Source: Tubulanus polymorphus
Lineage: Eukaryota; Animalia; Nemertea
Assembly (NCBI RefSeq): GCF_964204645.1
Contig: NC_134027.1
Span: 744,001 to 808,000, forward strand
DNA length: 64,000 nt
Direction of reading: 5' to 3'
How positions within the stretch are numbered: the stretch's first letter is position 1; the number at the start of each line of letters is the position of its first letter. This document shows, one piece after another, positions 47,685 to 60,300 of the stretch. The notes beneath the pieces were generated by a model. It did not search any database. It was not told the origin of the DNA and saw only the letters and a list, made by a program, of their open reading frames with translations. A program made the translations under genes and the position numbers.

Positions 47685-47860
47685 ATATGAGAGAGGAGGT
47701 CTGATATATGAGAGAGGAGGTTCGGGGAATATGAGAGAGGAGTTTATGGAGATATGAGAGAGGAGTTTATGGAGATATGATAGAGGAGTTTAGAGAGATA
47801 TGATAGAGGAGTTTAGAGAGATATGATAGTGGAGTTTAGAGAGATATGATAGAGGAGATG
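47685..47860. repeat. 23-bp purine-rich minisatellite
   Basis: Unit atatga(g/t)agaggagttta(t/g)(g/a)gag. Confidence 0.9.
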
Positions 47861-48829
47861 GTCTAAAAGGAAAATTGTTAAGTTCATAACAATCGAGCAA
47901 CTCAGTAATAGACACCGCTCTGATAAAGTAACTCATAGTCCTCGATTGGGGTCTAACTTGCAGGAATTGCATTTAGCCATTGAAATATGGTTGATGGAGC
48001 GTGGAATTGTTTCCATGTAGGCGAGCAATGCATAAAACACACGTCAGATAAATGGCTGTTGAGAGTGAATTATCAATAGATTTAAGAAATCTACGCTGAA
48101 GTTGTTTTCAAGAGGTCGATTACTCATATAGCAGTTAATCAGATCAGGTTCTCAGGTGCTTCCTTGGTCCCCAAAAATGGCATAAGTTGTATCAAAGTAT
48201 GTGATATAACCTACTAATTGATTACATGAAAAGAGGCTATTTGTAGTTTCTCAGCCACTTTGCAGTTATTGTTGTGAAGAGGTCACAAAATCCAAACTAA
48301 AACCAGCATCATCAATTGATTTCTACTGACTGAGATTCAGTCATACTGCTCATGTCGAACAGTTTGTTGTATTTTTGTGGTTCCAGTTTCTCATGTTCCA
48401 AGATAGAACAAAATTCCCAAACTTTGAGTCCTTCAGTGCTGAAATTCCAATTTACTACAAATTTCCTATTTCCCAATTTCAATTGAAATTCCAATTTACT
48501 ACGAGTTTCCTAATCTTAACTTTCCAAAAGTTTGAATTTTTCCTAATATATCTCTCGGTGAAGATTTCAGTCCAGTTCTCAAAATTAATTACGGTTTTTG
48601 AATATCTGCAAAATATGATTAATTATTTTCCTGGTTTCATTTTTTACTATTGCCCAAAATCATATTTTATGTGAATTATTATCGCTATTATTGGATTCTT
48701 TCAATGATGTTTTAGTTCGATATTATGATTGATCAAGGTGATCCATCTAAATCTATTGCATTGGTATAAATTATGAATTATTCATATCTGCAAACATTTC
48801 ATTGATACTTCTAAACTAGTAATTCTGAA

Positions 48830-49460
48830 AACACTCTAAAAACTATTTTACCCGTATTTTTAAGACAATTCTAGAAAGTATTTTAAATTATCTCAATTTC
48901 AAAGTATCCATAACATGTAAAACTATTTTATCTCAATTTTAAAAAGATTGAAAAAACTATTTTATATCTGAATTTAAAAATACCTGTGATATCTAAAAAC
49001 TGTTTTATCTGAATTTTAATCTTTTAAAGAAACTATTTTATATCTGAATTTTAAAATACCTATGATATCTAAAAACTGTTTTATCTGAATTTTAATCTAT
49101 TAAAGAAACTATTTTATATCTGAATTTTAAAATACCTATGATATCTAAAAACTGTTTTATCTGAATTTTAATCTTTTAAAGAAACTATTTTATATCTAAA
49201 TTTTAAAATACCTATGATATCTAAAAACTATTTTATCTGTATTTTAATCTTTTAAAGAAACTATTTTATATCTGAATTTTAAAATACCTATGATATCTAA
49301 AAACTATCTAATCTGAATTTTATACTATTTCATTTGTATGTATTTTATCTCAAAGTATCTTTTTAAACTATTTCATTTGTATATATTAAAAAATTTTTTT
49401 TGTTTATATTTAAAAACTATTTTATTTGTTTATATTTAAAAACTATTTTATTTGTATATA
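48830..49460. repeat. AT-rich 76-bp tandem repeat with degenerate flanks
   Basis: aactattttatatctgaattt at ~48955, 49031, 49107 and onward. Confidence 0.9.
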
Positions 49461-50214
49461 TTCCTTTTAGAACAATGATTTATTTGTATTTCAATACTAA
49501 CCAAAAGATCAATTTGATGAAATATTTTATATTTGACAATCACTGTATATATTCGAACCCCAGTGATTTTATGAGAATGGAATAACTGAAGGTCCAGGTT
49601 TTATCACCGAATACTCTTTGACACAATTACGTGGTCCACAACACAGATATAAATAGTGGTTATATAAAAGGCCCATGTTGTATATAGTGCGCGCATAAAG
49701 AGCTTTTACTCGTAGTTGATATAGGCTTTGTAAATATGAAATGTGATTGAGAACTTTTTCTCATACTTTCTTTACCTTTTTTCTTATAGCTTTTTTCAAT
49801 TTTCTATTAGCTACAGAAAATCCACTCATTTTCAGTCGGCGTTTCACAATAATGGAATGCGATAAATAAAAAAAACGGTCCAAGTGTATTTTTCATATGA
49901 TATTTTCAGCATCTCGACGTATGAAATTGACATAGATTATTGAAGCGTAGATTCACAAAATCACTACTAGGTGGCGTGTCAGATTATTAGTTCAATGACA
50001 TCAGATAAATATAATAATATAACCACTTGTAGTACAAACAGTAACGACAAACTTTATTTTCCTGCACAATATAGAACCTCTGATAAACTGAGCGTCAATT
50101 TATCTTATGATATGATAAGTTACACTCAGGTTATTAATCAATAATCCCGTTTAAGATCTCATTATTTTATGCAGTTCAGAGATTTTCACTGAATAAAATA
50201 GTAACATCTTAGAA

Positions 50215-50595
50215 TGAGATGAACTGAGGGTAAATTCATCATTGTTGAAATTACTCTCAGGATCATCATTAAAACAATGAATGAACTGAGGGTAAATTCA
50301 TCATTGTTGAAATCACTCTCAGGATCATCATTAAAACAATGAATGAACTGAGGGTAAATTCATCATTGTTGAAATTACTCTCAGGATCATCATTAAAACA
50401 ATGAATGAACTGAAGGTAAATTCATCATTGTTGAAATTACTCTCAGGATCATCATTAAAACAATGAATGAACTGAAGGTAAATTCATCATTGTTGAAATT
50501 ACTCTCAGGATCATCATTAAAACAATGAATGAACTGAGGGTAAATTCATCAGTGTTGAAATCACTCTCAGGATCATCATTAAAACAACGAATGTT
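50215..50595. repeat. 62-bp minisatellite, ~6 copies
   Basis: Unit tgaactgagggtaaattcatcattgttgaaattactctcaggatcatcattaaaacaatgaa. Confidence 0.96.
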
Positions 50596-51717
50596 TAAAA
50601 TATTTTAGTGTTAACACCAGTTTCAACTACCCCCTGTTTTCTTGTTATTGATAATTACATCAGGAGTTATAGAATAGATGATTTAACTTTATTGTTAGAT
50701 GAACTTGCACTGTCTTAATTAGATTAATTAGTAATGAATTAACTCTCAAGTCATTGATATATAATCTTTAATGTTAGCTTAATTTTAAGGATCTAAGGCA
50801 TGGTGTTCCTGCACCCCTTGTTTTTATCTTTTTTCACGGCTTTCAAGGTTCTCGTACACATTTCATGCAGCTTTTTCATTCAATATCAATATCATCCTCA
50901 GTTGCCAGGTTTTAATTGTCATCTGTCGAAGCTCATGCCAACATAAACCCCGGCTGCCAACTCTTCATTGGTCTATTACATTGCTCAAGATTTCTTGGGT
51001 AGACTGGTTACCACTGAGCGGCCACCAGTCTTTATATCTAGTCAATCAGATGCCTTGTTTTTCGCCGGCAGATTCGCTACACATCTGATTGACTAGATAT
51101 AAAGATTGGTGGCCGCTTAGCAGCAACCTGTCGACCCGAGATATCTTGGACAATGTCAGAGACCAATGAAGGGTTTGTAACCAGGGTTTGTGTAAGCGTG
51201 AGTGCCGGTGGGCGACAATAAAACCCTGGTGATTGAGGATGTATCGATGTACATATCAACACACAAAAAGCCAAACATAATAGGCGGCATTATTATTGGG
51301 AGGTGCACCTGGCCTAATATACCGCGCGGTAAAAACCACTCTTTCTGTGGTTGTGTAGTACCAGTAATTGATGATCATCGAGTGAGTGATTGGCCTGGCC
51401 CAGTTATTCCAATCTGAAATCACTTGGGTTCCCATTATGATTGACATATATATGATATTTCATCAAAATGATCGACACATTTTATCTGTGCTAACACTAT
51501 ACTTGTACGTAATGTAACTTTTTGAATAGCTTTTTATTTTTATATATAATATTCCTTTTTAGATTTTTCATTGATTTTGAGTTCTATTTGTTTATATTTT
51601 TTAAGATATCTGTCAAACTTTGGATTTTAATGATTATTTCAAATATGATCTTTTAAAAACCTTTTTAATTTTCTAAACTTCATAATATCTATACATCAAA
51701 TCGAACTATTTTAGTGC

Positions 51718-52711
51718 AAATTTTGATAAAGATTTAATTGATAATTAATATTCAAAACAACAGAATGAATGCATTCAATCTTAGTTTGATACTGATATCA
51801 CTTGTTGCATCTATTGTTTTAACGAGATTTGAACCTATAAGATTGAAGCATTGATATTATTTCATTGCATTAGTCCCGCCTCCTCATTTATGGCTGATGG
51901 TTGATTTCAGATTTACAGCTCCTGATTACATTAATATTAATTCAATGCTACGTTATGTTTTGTTAGTTTATCTCATATAAACGTTTTCAAAGATGACTTG
52001 TAGAATTAAAATTGCAGAGGTTGAAATAATTATAGAATTTTATAGAATTGTCTAAAATACCTAGTAACATATAAGTAGTATAGCTAGTGTTCCTCTGTTT
52101 ACAAGTTGTCCTGTAGTACCACGTTAAACTGCCTCTTTTTAACAATACGTTTTATCCATACATTTTATCAGTGATTTTTATCTATTTGTCCTGTAGTACG
52201 ACGTTAAACTGCCTCTTTTTAACAATACGTTTTATCCATACATTTTATCAGTGATTTTTATCTATTTGTCCTGTGGTACGACGTTAAACTGCCTCTTTTT
52301 AACAATACGTTTTATCCATACATTTTTTCAGTGATTTTTATCTATTTGTCCTGAGGTATGACGTTAAACTGCCTCTTTTTAACCCCTTCTTTTTCTACCT
52401 CTATCCTTTCCCTTTCTACCTCTATCCTTTCCCTTTCTGTCTCTATCCTTTCCCTCTCTGTCTCTATCCTTTTCCTCTCTCTATCCTTTCCCACTCTATG
52501 TTCTTTCCCTTTGTCTCTAACCCACTAACTCTCTTCCTCTTTCTCTAACCCACTAACTCTCTCCCTCTTTCTCTAACCCACTAACTCTCTCTTCCTCTCT
52601 CTCTAACCCACTAACTCTCTCCTCTCCTTTCTTCCTCTCACCGCTCTCCTTCATCCCTTCTCTCTCCCTTCTCTCTCTCTCCACACTCTCCTCTCTCTCT
52701 CTTTCTCTCTC

Positions 52712-52745
<34 letters not shown>

Positions 52746-55653
52746 TGTAAATATTGTAAATATGTAGATAGTAGTTTTTATTTCTCTTGTAAATATTGTA
52801 AATTTGTAAATAGTAGTTTTTATTTCTCTTGTAAATATTGTAAATTTGTAAATAGTAGTTTTTATTTCTCTCTTGTAAATATTGTAAATATGTAAATAGT
52901 AGTTTTTATTTCTCTTGTAAATATTGTAAATATGTAAATAGAAGTTTTTATTTTTCTTGTAGATATTGTAAATTTGTAAATAGTAATCCATTTCTTTTTA
53001 TTAGTGTATATATATATATTTATGATTTTAATTTTTTTCTGTATATTACATTCTGGAATATTTTCTTTTTTAAACAATTATTTGTACATTTTAAAGAAAA
53101 CGTTTAAAATTTTCAAACTTAAAATATTTATTTTTTAATTGAAACTATTTTAGAGGCGATTTTAATCATTTCCATCGGAACACACGTTATTCAATACAAC
53201 AAAATGAATGCATTCAATCTTGGTTTAAAACTATTACGTTCACTTTTTACATACATTCGTAACATTAGATTAGTCCCTCCTCCTTTTGATTTAATATTTG
53301 AAAGAAGATTCTAGTTAAGCATATAGTAATAAGCGTATTACATCGAAGACATTTTGTCACAGGCTGAAGAGCATTTTATATCATATGTTAAGAAATAAGG
53401 ATTGGATTGATGTTGCTTCCTGTGATCTCTGATCTGTTAGCTTGCAAGTGTATTTAACCATCACTTGTTTGTAAATGACTGTGCAAATTTTCCCCTCACT
53501 GTTCGCTGTTCACTTCATTGGTTGCAGCTATGAACAATCATCTCATTGATTGTGCATACTTTCCCCTCACTGGTTTGCGATATAATTCCCCCTCACTGGT
53601 TGCAGTTCACTCCATTGGTTGCAGCTATGAACAGTCATCTCATTGATTGTGCATACTTTCCCTTACTGGTTACAGTTCACTCCATTGTTTGCAGCTATGA
53701 ACAATCATCTCATTGATTGTGCATACTTTCCCTTACTGGTTACAGTTCACTCCATTGGTTGCAGCTATGAACAATCATCTCATTGATTGTGCATACTTTC
53801 CCTTACTGGTTACAGTTCACTCCATTGTTTGCAGCTATGAACAATCATCTCATTGATTGTGCATACTTTCTCTTACTGGTTACAGTTCACTCCATTGTTT
53901 GCAGCTATGAACAATCATCTCATTGATTGTGCATACTTTCCCTTACTGGTTACAGTTCACTCCATTGGTTGCAGCTATTAACAATCATCTCATTGATTGT
54001 GCATACTTTCCTCTCACTCCTGCCTTTACCTTCTTCAAGTGTAAATAAATGTGACATTTACTGAATTGTTGGTGACAAACAACACTGATTGCTGCTTTAG
54101 TTGATTACGGGTGGTTGATTACTGACTGCATCTCATTGGTGTCGCTGATAACTGCCATAAACTACATCTCTCCTTTGGTGTATGTGAAAATGTAAAACAT
54201 TCACATTTTCATCATTATATTTGAATATACAGTCACCCTGTGATATATCTTAAATCTTCGGTTGGTGATTCCATGTATACTGGCAAATCGTGATACTCAA
54301 TCATGTTTGCATAATTGCGATTTTCCGTTTTAAACGTGCTGTCCTGTGATAGCTACATAAATGTATCAATCTTCGGGTGGTGGTTCCATGTATACAGATG
54401 CTGGCAAATTACCTCATCACGTTTGCTCAAATTTTGATATAGATTTAATTGATAATTAATATTTTTAATTCTATCGAATAATTTTAATATTCAAAACAAC
54501 ATCCAATCTTAGTTTGATCCGGATATCACTTGTTGCATCTATTGTTTTAACGACATTTTAACCTTGGAGCATTGATATTACTTCATTGCATTAGTCCCGC
54601 CTCCTCATTTATGGCTGATGGTTGATTTCAGATTTACAGCTCCTGATTACATTAATATTAATTCAATGCTACGTTATGTTTTGTTAGTTTATCTCATATA
54701 AACGTTTTCAAAGATGACTTGTAGAATTAAAATTGCAGAGGTTGAAATAATTATAGAATTTTATAGAATTGTCTAAAATACCTAGTAACATATAAGTAGT
54801 ATAGCTAGTGTACCTCTGTTTACAAGTTGTCCTGTAGTACAACGTTAAACTGCCTCTTTTTAACAATACGTTTTATCCATACATTTTATCAGTGATTTTT
54901 ATCTATTTGTCCTGTGGTACGACGTTAAACTGCCTCTTTTTAACAATACGTTTTATCCATACATTTTATCAGTGATTTTTATCTATTTGTCCTGTGGTAC
55001 GACGTTAAACTGCCTCTTTTTAACAATACGTTTTATCCATACATTTTATCAGTGATTTTTATCTATTTGTCCTGTAGTACGACGTTAAACTGCCTCATTT
55101 TAACAATACGTTTTATCCATACATTTTATCAGTGATTTTTATCTATTTGTCCTGTGGTACGACGTTAAACTGCCTCTTTTTAACAATACGTTTTATCCAT
55201 ACATTTTATCAGTGATTTTTATCTATTTGTCCTGTGGTACGACGTTAAACTGCCTCTTTTTAACAATACGTTTTATCCATACAATTTATCAGTGATTTTT
55301 ATCTATTTGTCCTGTGGTATGACGTTAAACTGCCTCTTTTTAACCCCTTCTTTTTCTACCTCTATCCTTTCCCTTTCTGTCTCTATCCTTTCCCTCTCTG
55401 TCTCTATCCTTTTCCTCTCTCTATCCTTTCCCACTCTATGTTCTTTCCCTTTGTCTCTAACCCACTAACTCTCTTCCTCTTTCTCTAACCCACTAACTCT
55501 CTCTTCCTCTTTTTCTAACCTACTAACTCTCTCTTCCTCTCTCTCTAACCCACTAACTCTCTCCTCTCCTTTCTTCCTCTCACCGCTCTCCTTCATCCCT
55601 TCTCTCTCCCTTCTCTCTCTCTCCACACTCTCCTCTCTCTCTCTTTCTCTCTC

Positions 55654-55687
<34 letters not shown>

Positions 55688-56200
55688 TGTAAATATTGTA
55701 AATATGTAGATAGTAGTATTTATTTCTCTTGTAAATATTGTAAATTTGTAAATAGTAGTTTTTATTTCTCTTGTAAATATTGTAAATTTGTAAATAGCAG
55801 TTTTTATTTCTCTCTTGTAAATATTGTAAATATGTAAATAGTAGTTTTTATTTTTCTTGTAGATATTGTAAATTTGTAAATAGTAGTTTTTATTTTTCTT
55901 GTAGATATTGTAGATTTGTAAATAGTAATCCATTTCTTTTTATTAGTGTATATATATATATATTTATGATTTTAATTTTTTCTGTATATTACATTCCGGA
56001 ATATTTTTTAATTGAAACTATTTTAGAGGCGATTTTAATCATTTTCATCGGAACACACTTTATTCAATACAACAAAATGAATGCATTCAATCTTGGTTTA
56101 AAACTATTACGTTCACTTTTTACATACATTCGTAGCATTGATACCATTACATTAAATTAACAATCATCTCATCGATTGTGCATACTTCCCTTCACTGGTT
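51718..56200. repeat. Local direct segmental duplication (~51718-53261 and ~54429-56134) containing 80-bp, CT-rich and 42-bp arrays
   Basis: Near-identical unique sequence such as agtcccgcctcctcatttatggctgatgg in both copies; near-identical ORFs at 52638 and 55580. Confidence 0.93.
53490..54020. repeat. 70-bp minisatellite, ~7 copies
   Basis: Unit acaatcatctcattgattgtgcatactttcccttactggttacagttcactccattggttgcagctatga. Confidence 0.95.
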
Positions 56201-57339
56201 TGCAGTTTTCAGCTTTGGTTTTCATGATGATAAATGCTGATTTTATCATTGGCTCTGCGCTAACAGTTATCAAAATGTTTGAAGCCTTTGCCAGACGTCT
56301 TGTGGGTTCGATCTCTCTAAGAAAAAGCTAAAAGGGTTTCGATTGGAATACAGTTTGTCTCCTCCAGCAACAAACGTCCATAGTCTAGAATAGACTGATT
56401 TGCATTTGTAAAAAAGCTTTGATAGGTGTATCGCTACATTTCCTACAAGACTTCTCTCTCTCCTCTCTCATCACGAAAAAAGTAAGACACAAATCTGAAA
56501 GTTAAGAGTTATAAAAACACTGTGGATGAATTTTTGCTAAATCAATTGGTGGTAATGAAAGTTAAAGTGTTACAAAACACTGAAAGTTGGTGTCTTGAAA
56601 CAATGATGAATATAATGAAACATTGATAGATGTACTGATCTTGCGGTTGTTCTACCTCCTTCCTCTGCTACGAGGTGATATATCGTGCCGTTTTTATATA
56701 CAATATCAAAATCATAGACAATTAAAATCTTGTGGTGGCATGGCTTTTGTTCTCTATAAATCTTGGTAATGGCCTTGCTATCAAATGAGTATCAAATACA
56801 GAAGATACTCCTTTCTTCTACTTTAAAAACGGCAAATACTGTTGTTTGCTACTGCATGTTGCTCATTCCACTCTGTTCTAGGGGTGATATTGAGTTTTGG
56901 AGACTCTTCTCCTTCCCTTGCCTTCTTGAATTGTCAAATAGATGTGACTTACAATACTGATTACTTCCTTATTTGAAAAACTACATGTCGCTGATGCTTG
57001 CTATCATTCAACTCTGTTTTGGTTGTGATATTGAGTTTTAAACGTTGTGTTAGGTGTACATGCCTCCTCTCCTCTCTCTCCTCTCTCATCAACAATTAAA
57101 TAAGACACGTATTGTTTGTATACATTTAGTTCTTTGCTGTGGTTTCCTCAATAGAAAAGTTTGAAATTGCTCATTGAATGCAGCGCATTTCAAACTATGG
57201 ATCAATTACTGCTAAATCAATTGGTGGTGATGAAAGTAAAGTGTTACAAAACACTGTGGGTAAATCACTGCTAAATCAATCGGTAGTGATGAAAGTTAAG
57301 TGCTACAGAACACGATGGGTAAATAACTGCTAAATCATA

Positions 57340-60300
57340 ACTGATGACCTCCTTTAATCCTGCTGCTTGGTGCTGGGTGTTAATTAATACACTCTGTTTT
57401 GGGGTGATATTGAGTGCAGGAGTCTCCTCCTTCCTTCTTCAACTGTCATGTAGAAACGTGACTAACAAACTGAATTATCAGTGTGTTACAACACTGATGA
57501 CCTCCTTAAATACTGCTGCTTGCTGCTGGGTGTTAATTGATACATTCTGTTCAGGGGTGATATTGAGTGCAGAAGTCTCCTCCTTCCTTCTTCAACTGTC
57601 ATGTAGAAACGTGACAAACAAACTGAATTGTCAGTGTGTTACAACACTGATGACCTCCTTTAATACTGCTGCTTGCTGCTGGGTGTTAATTAATACACTC
57701 TGTTTTGGAGTGATATTGAGTGCAGGAGTCTCCTTCCTTCTTCAACTGTCATGTAGAAACGTGACAAACAAACTGAATTGTCAGTGTGTTACAACACTGA
57801 TGACCTCCTTTAATACTGCTGCTTGCTGCTGGGTGTTAATTAATACACTCTGTTTTGGAGTGATATTGAGTGCAGGAGTCTCCTCCTTCCTTCTTCAACT
57901 GTCATGTAGAAACGTGACTAACAAACTGAATTATCAGTGTGTTACAACACTGATGACCTCCTTAAATACTGCTGCTTGCTGCTGGGTGTTAATTGATACA
58001 TTCTGTTCAGGGGTGATATTGAGTGCAGAAGTCTCCTCCTTCCTTCAACTGTCATGTAGAAACGTGACAAACAAACTGAATTGTCAGTGTGTTACAACAC
58101 TGATGACCTCCTATAATCCTGCTGCTTGCTGCTGGGTGTTAATTAATACACTCTGTTTTGGGGTGATATTGAGTGCAGGAGTCTCCTCCTTCCTTCTTCA
58201 ACTGTCATGTAGAAACGTGACAAACGAACTGAATTGTCAGTTTGTTACAACACTGATGACCTCCTTTAATACTGCTGCTTGGTGCTGGGTGTTAATTAAT
58301 ACACTCTGTTCTGGAGTGATATTGAGTGCAGGAGTCTCCTCCTTCCTTCATCAATTGTCATGTCGAAACGTGACAAACAAACTGAATTGTCAGTGTGTTA
58401 CAACACTGATGACCTCCTTTAATACTGCTGCTTGCTGCTGGGTGTTAATTAATACACTCTGTTTTGGAGTGATATTGAGTGCAGGAGTCTCCTCCTTCCT
58501 TCTTCAATTGTCATGTAGAAACGTGACAAACAAACTGAATTGTCAGTGTGTTACAACACTGATGACCCCCTTTAATACTGCTGCTTGCTGCTTGGTGTTA
58601 ACTAATACACTCTGTTTTGGGGTGATATTGAGTGCAGAAGTCTCCTCCTTCCTTCTTCAACTGTCATGTAGAAACGTGACAAACAAACTGAATTGTCAGT
58701 GTGTTACAACACTGATGACCCCCTTTAATACTGCTGCTTGCTGCTTGGTGTTAACTAATACACTCTGTTTTGGGGTGATATTGAGTGCAGGAGTCTCCTC
58801 CTTCCTTCTTCAACTGTCATGTAGAAATGTGACAAACAAACTGAATTGTCAGTTTGTTACAACACTGATGACCTCCTTTAATACTGCAGCTTGCTGCTGC
58901 GTGTTAATTGATACACTCTGTTTTGGGTTGATATTGAGTGCAGGAGTCTCCTCCTTCCTTCAATTGTCATGTAGAAACGTGACAAACAAACTGAATTATC
59001 AGTGTGTTACAACACTGATGACCTCCTTTAATACTGCAGCTTGCTGCTGCGTCTTAATTAATACACTCTGTTATGGGGTGATATTGAGTTTGGGCGAGTT
59101 ATGCTTCCTGATCGTCCTCATTACAACTTAACATTTTAAATGTATAAATATTCAAAACAGCTATCCATCGATAGCTTTGTGGTGGTTGAATCATTGAAAT
59201 GTCGCTGGTGTTGGTTCAGTGTATATATTGTAATATATATCAGTTAATTGGGACTGATTATGTTTCCTGATCGTCCTTATTGCGACTTTACGTTTTAAAT
59301 GTATAAATATTCAAAACAGCTGTCCATCGATAGCTTTGTGGTGGTTGAATCTTTGAAATGTCGCTGGTGTTGGTTCTGTGTATATATTGTAATATATATC
59401 AGTTAATTGGGACTGATTATGTTTCCTGATCGTTGTCATTACGACTTTACGTTTTAAATGTATAAATATTCAAAACAGCTATCCATCGATAGCTTTGTGG
59501 TGGTTGAATCATTGAAATGTCGCTGGTGTTGGTTCTGTGTATATATTGTAATATATGTTGGTGAATTGGGATTGATTATATTTCCTGATCGTCCTTTTTG
59601 CGACTTTACGTTTTAAATGTATAAATATTCAAAACAGCTATCCATCGATAGCTTTGTGGTGGTTGAATCATTGAAATGTCGCTGGTGTTGGTTCTGTGTA
59701 TATATTGTAATATATGTCGGTGAATTGGGATTGATTATGTTTCCTGATCGTCCTCATAACGACTTTACGTTTTAAATGTATAAATATTCAAAACAGCTAT
59801 CCATCGATAGCTTTGTGGTGGTTGAATCATTGAAATGTCGCTGGTGTTGGTTCTGTGTATATATTGTAATATATGTCGGTGAATTGGGATTGATTATGTT
59901 TCCTGATCGTCCTCATTACGACTTTACGTTTTAAATGTATAAATATTCAAAACAGCTATCCATCGATAGCTTTGTGGTGGTTGAATCATTGAAATGTCGC
60001 TGGTGTTGGTTCTGTGTATATATTGTAATATATGTCGGTGAATTGGGATTGATTATGTTTCCTGATCGTCCTCATAACGACTTTACGTTTTAAATGTATA
60101 AATATTCAAACAGCTATCCATCGATAGCTTTGTGGTGGTTGAATCATTGAAATGTCGCTGGTGTTGGTTCTGTGTATATATTGTAATATATGTCGGTGAA
60201 TTGGGATTGATTATGTTTCCAGATCGTCCTCATTACGACTTTACGTTTTAAATGTATAAATATTCAAAACAGCTATCCATCGATAGCTTTGTGGTGGTTG

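Noticed and set aside
52638-55933. Duplicated 117-aa minus-strand ORFs
   Set aside because: They are made of 42-bp and GA-rich repeats within the segmental duplication, with no coding signature.
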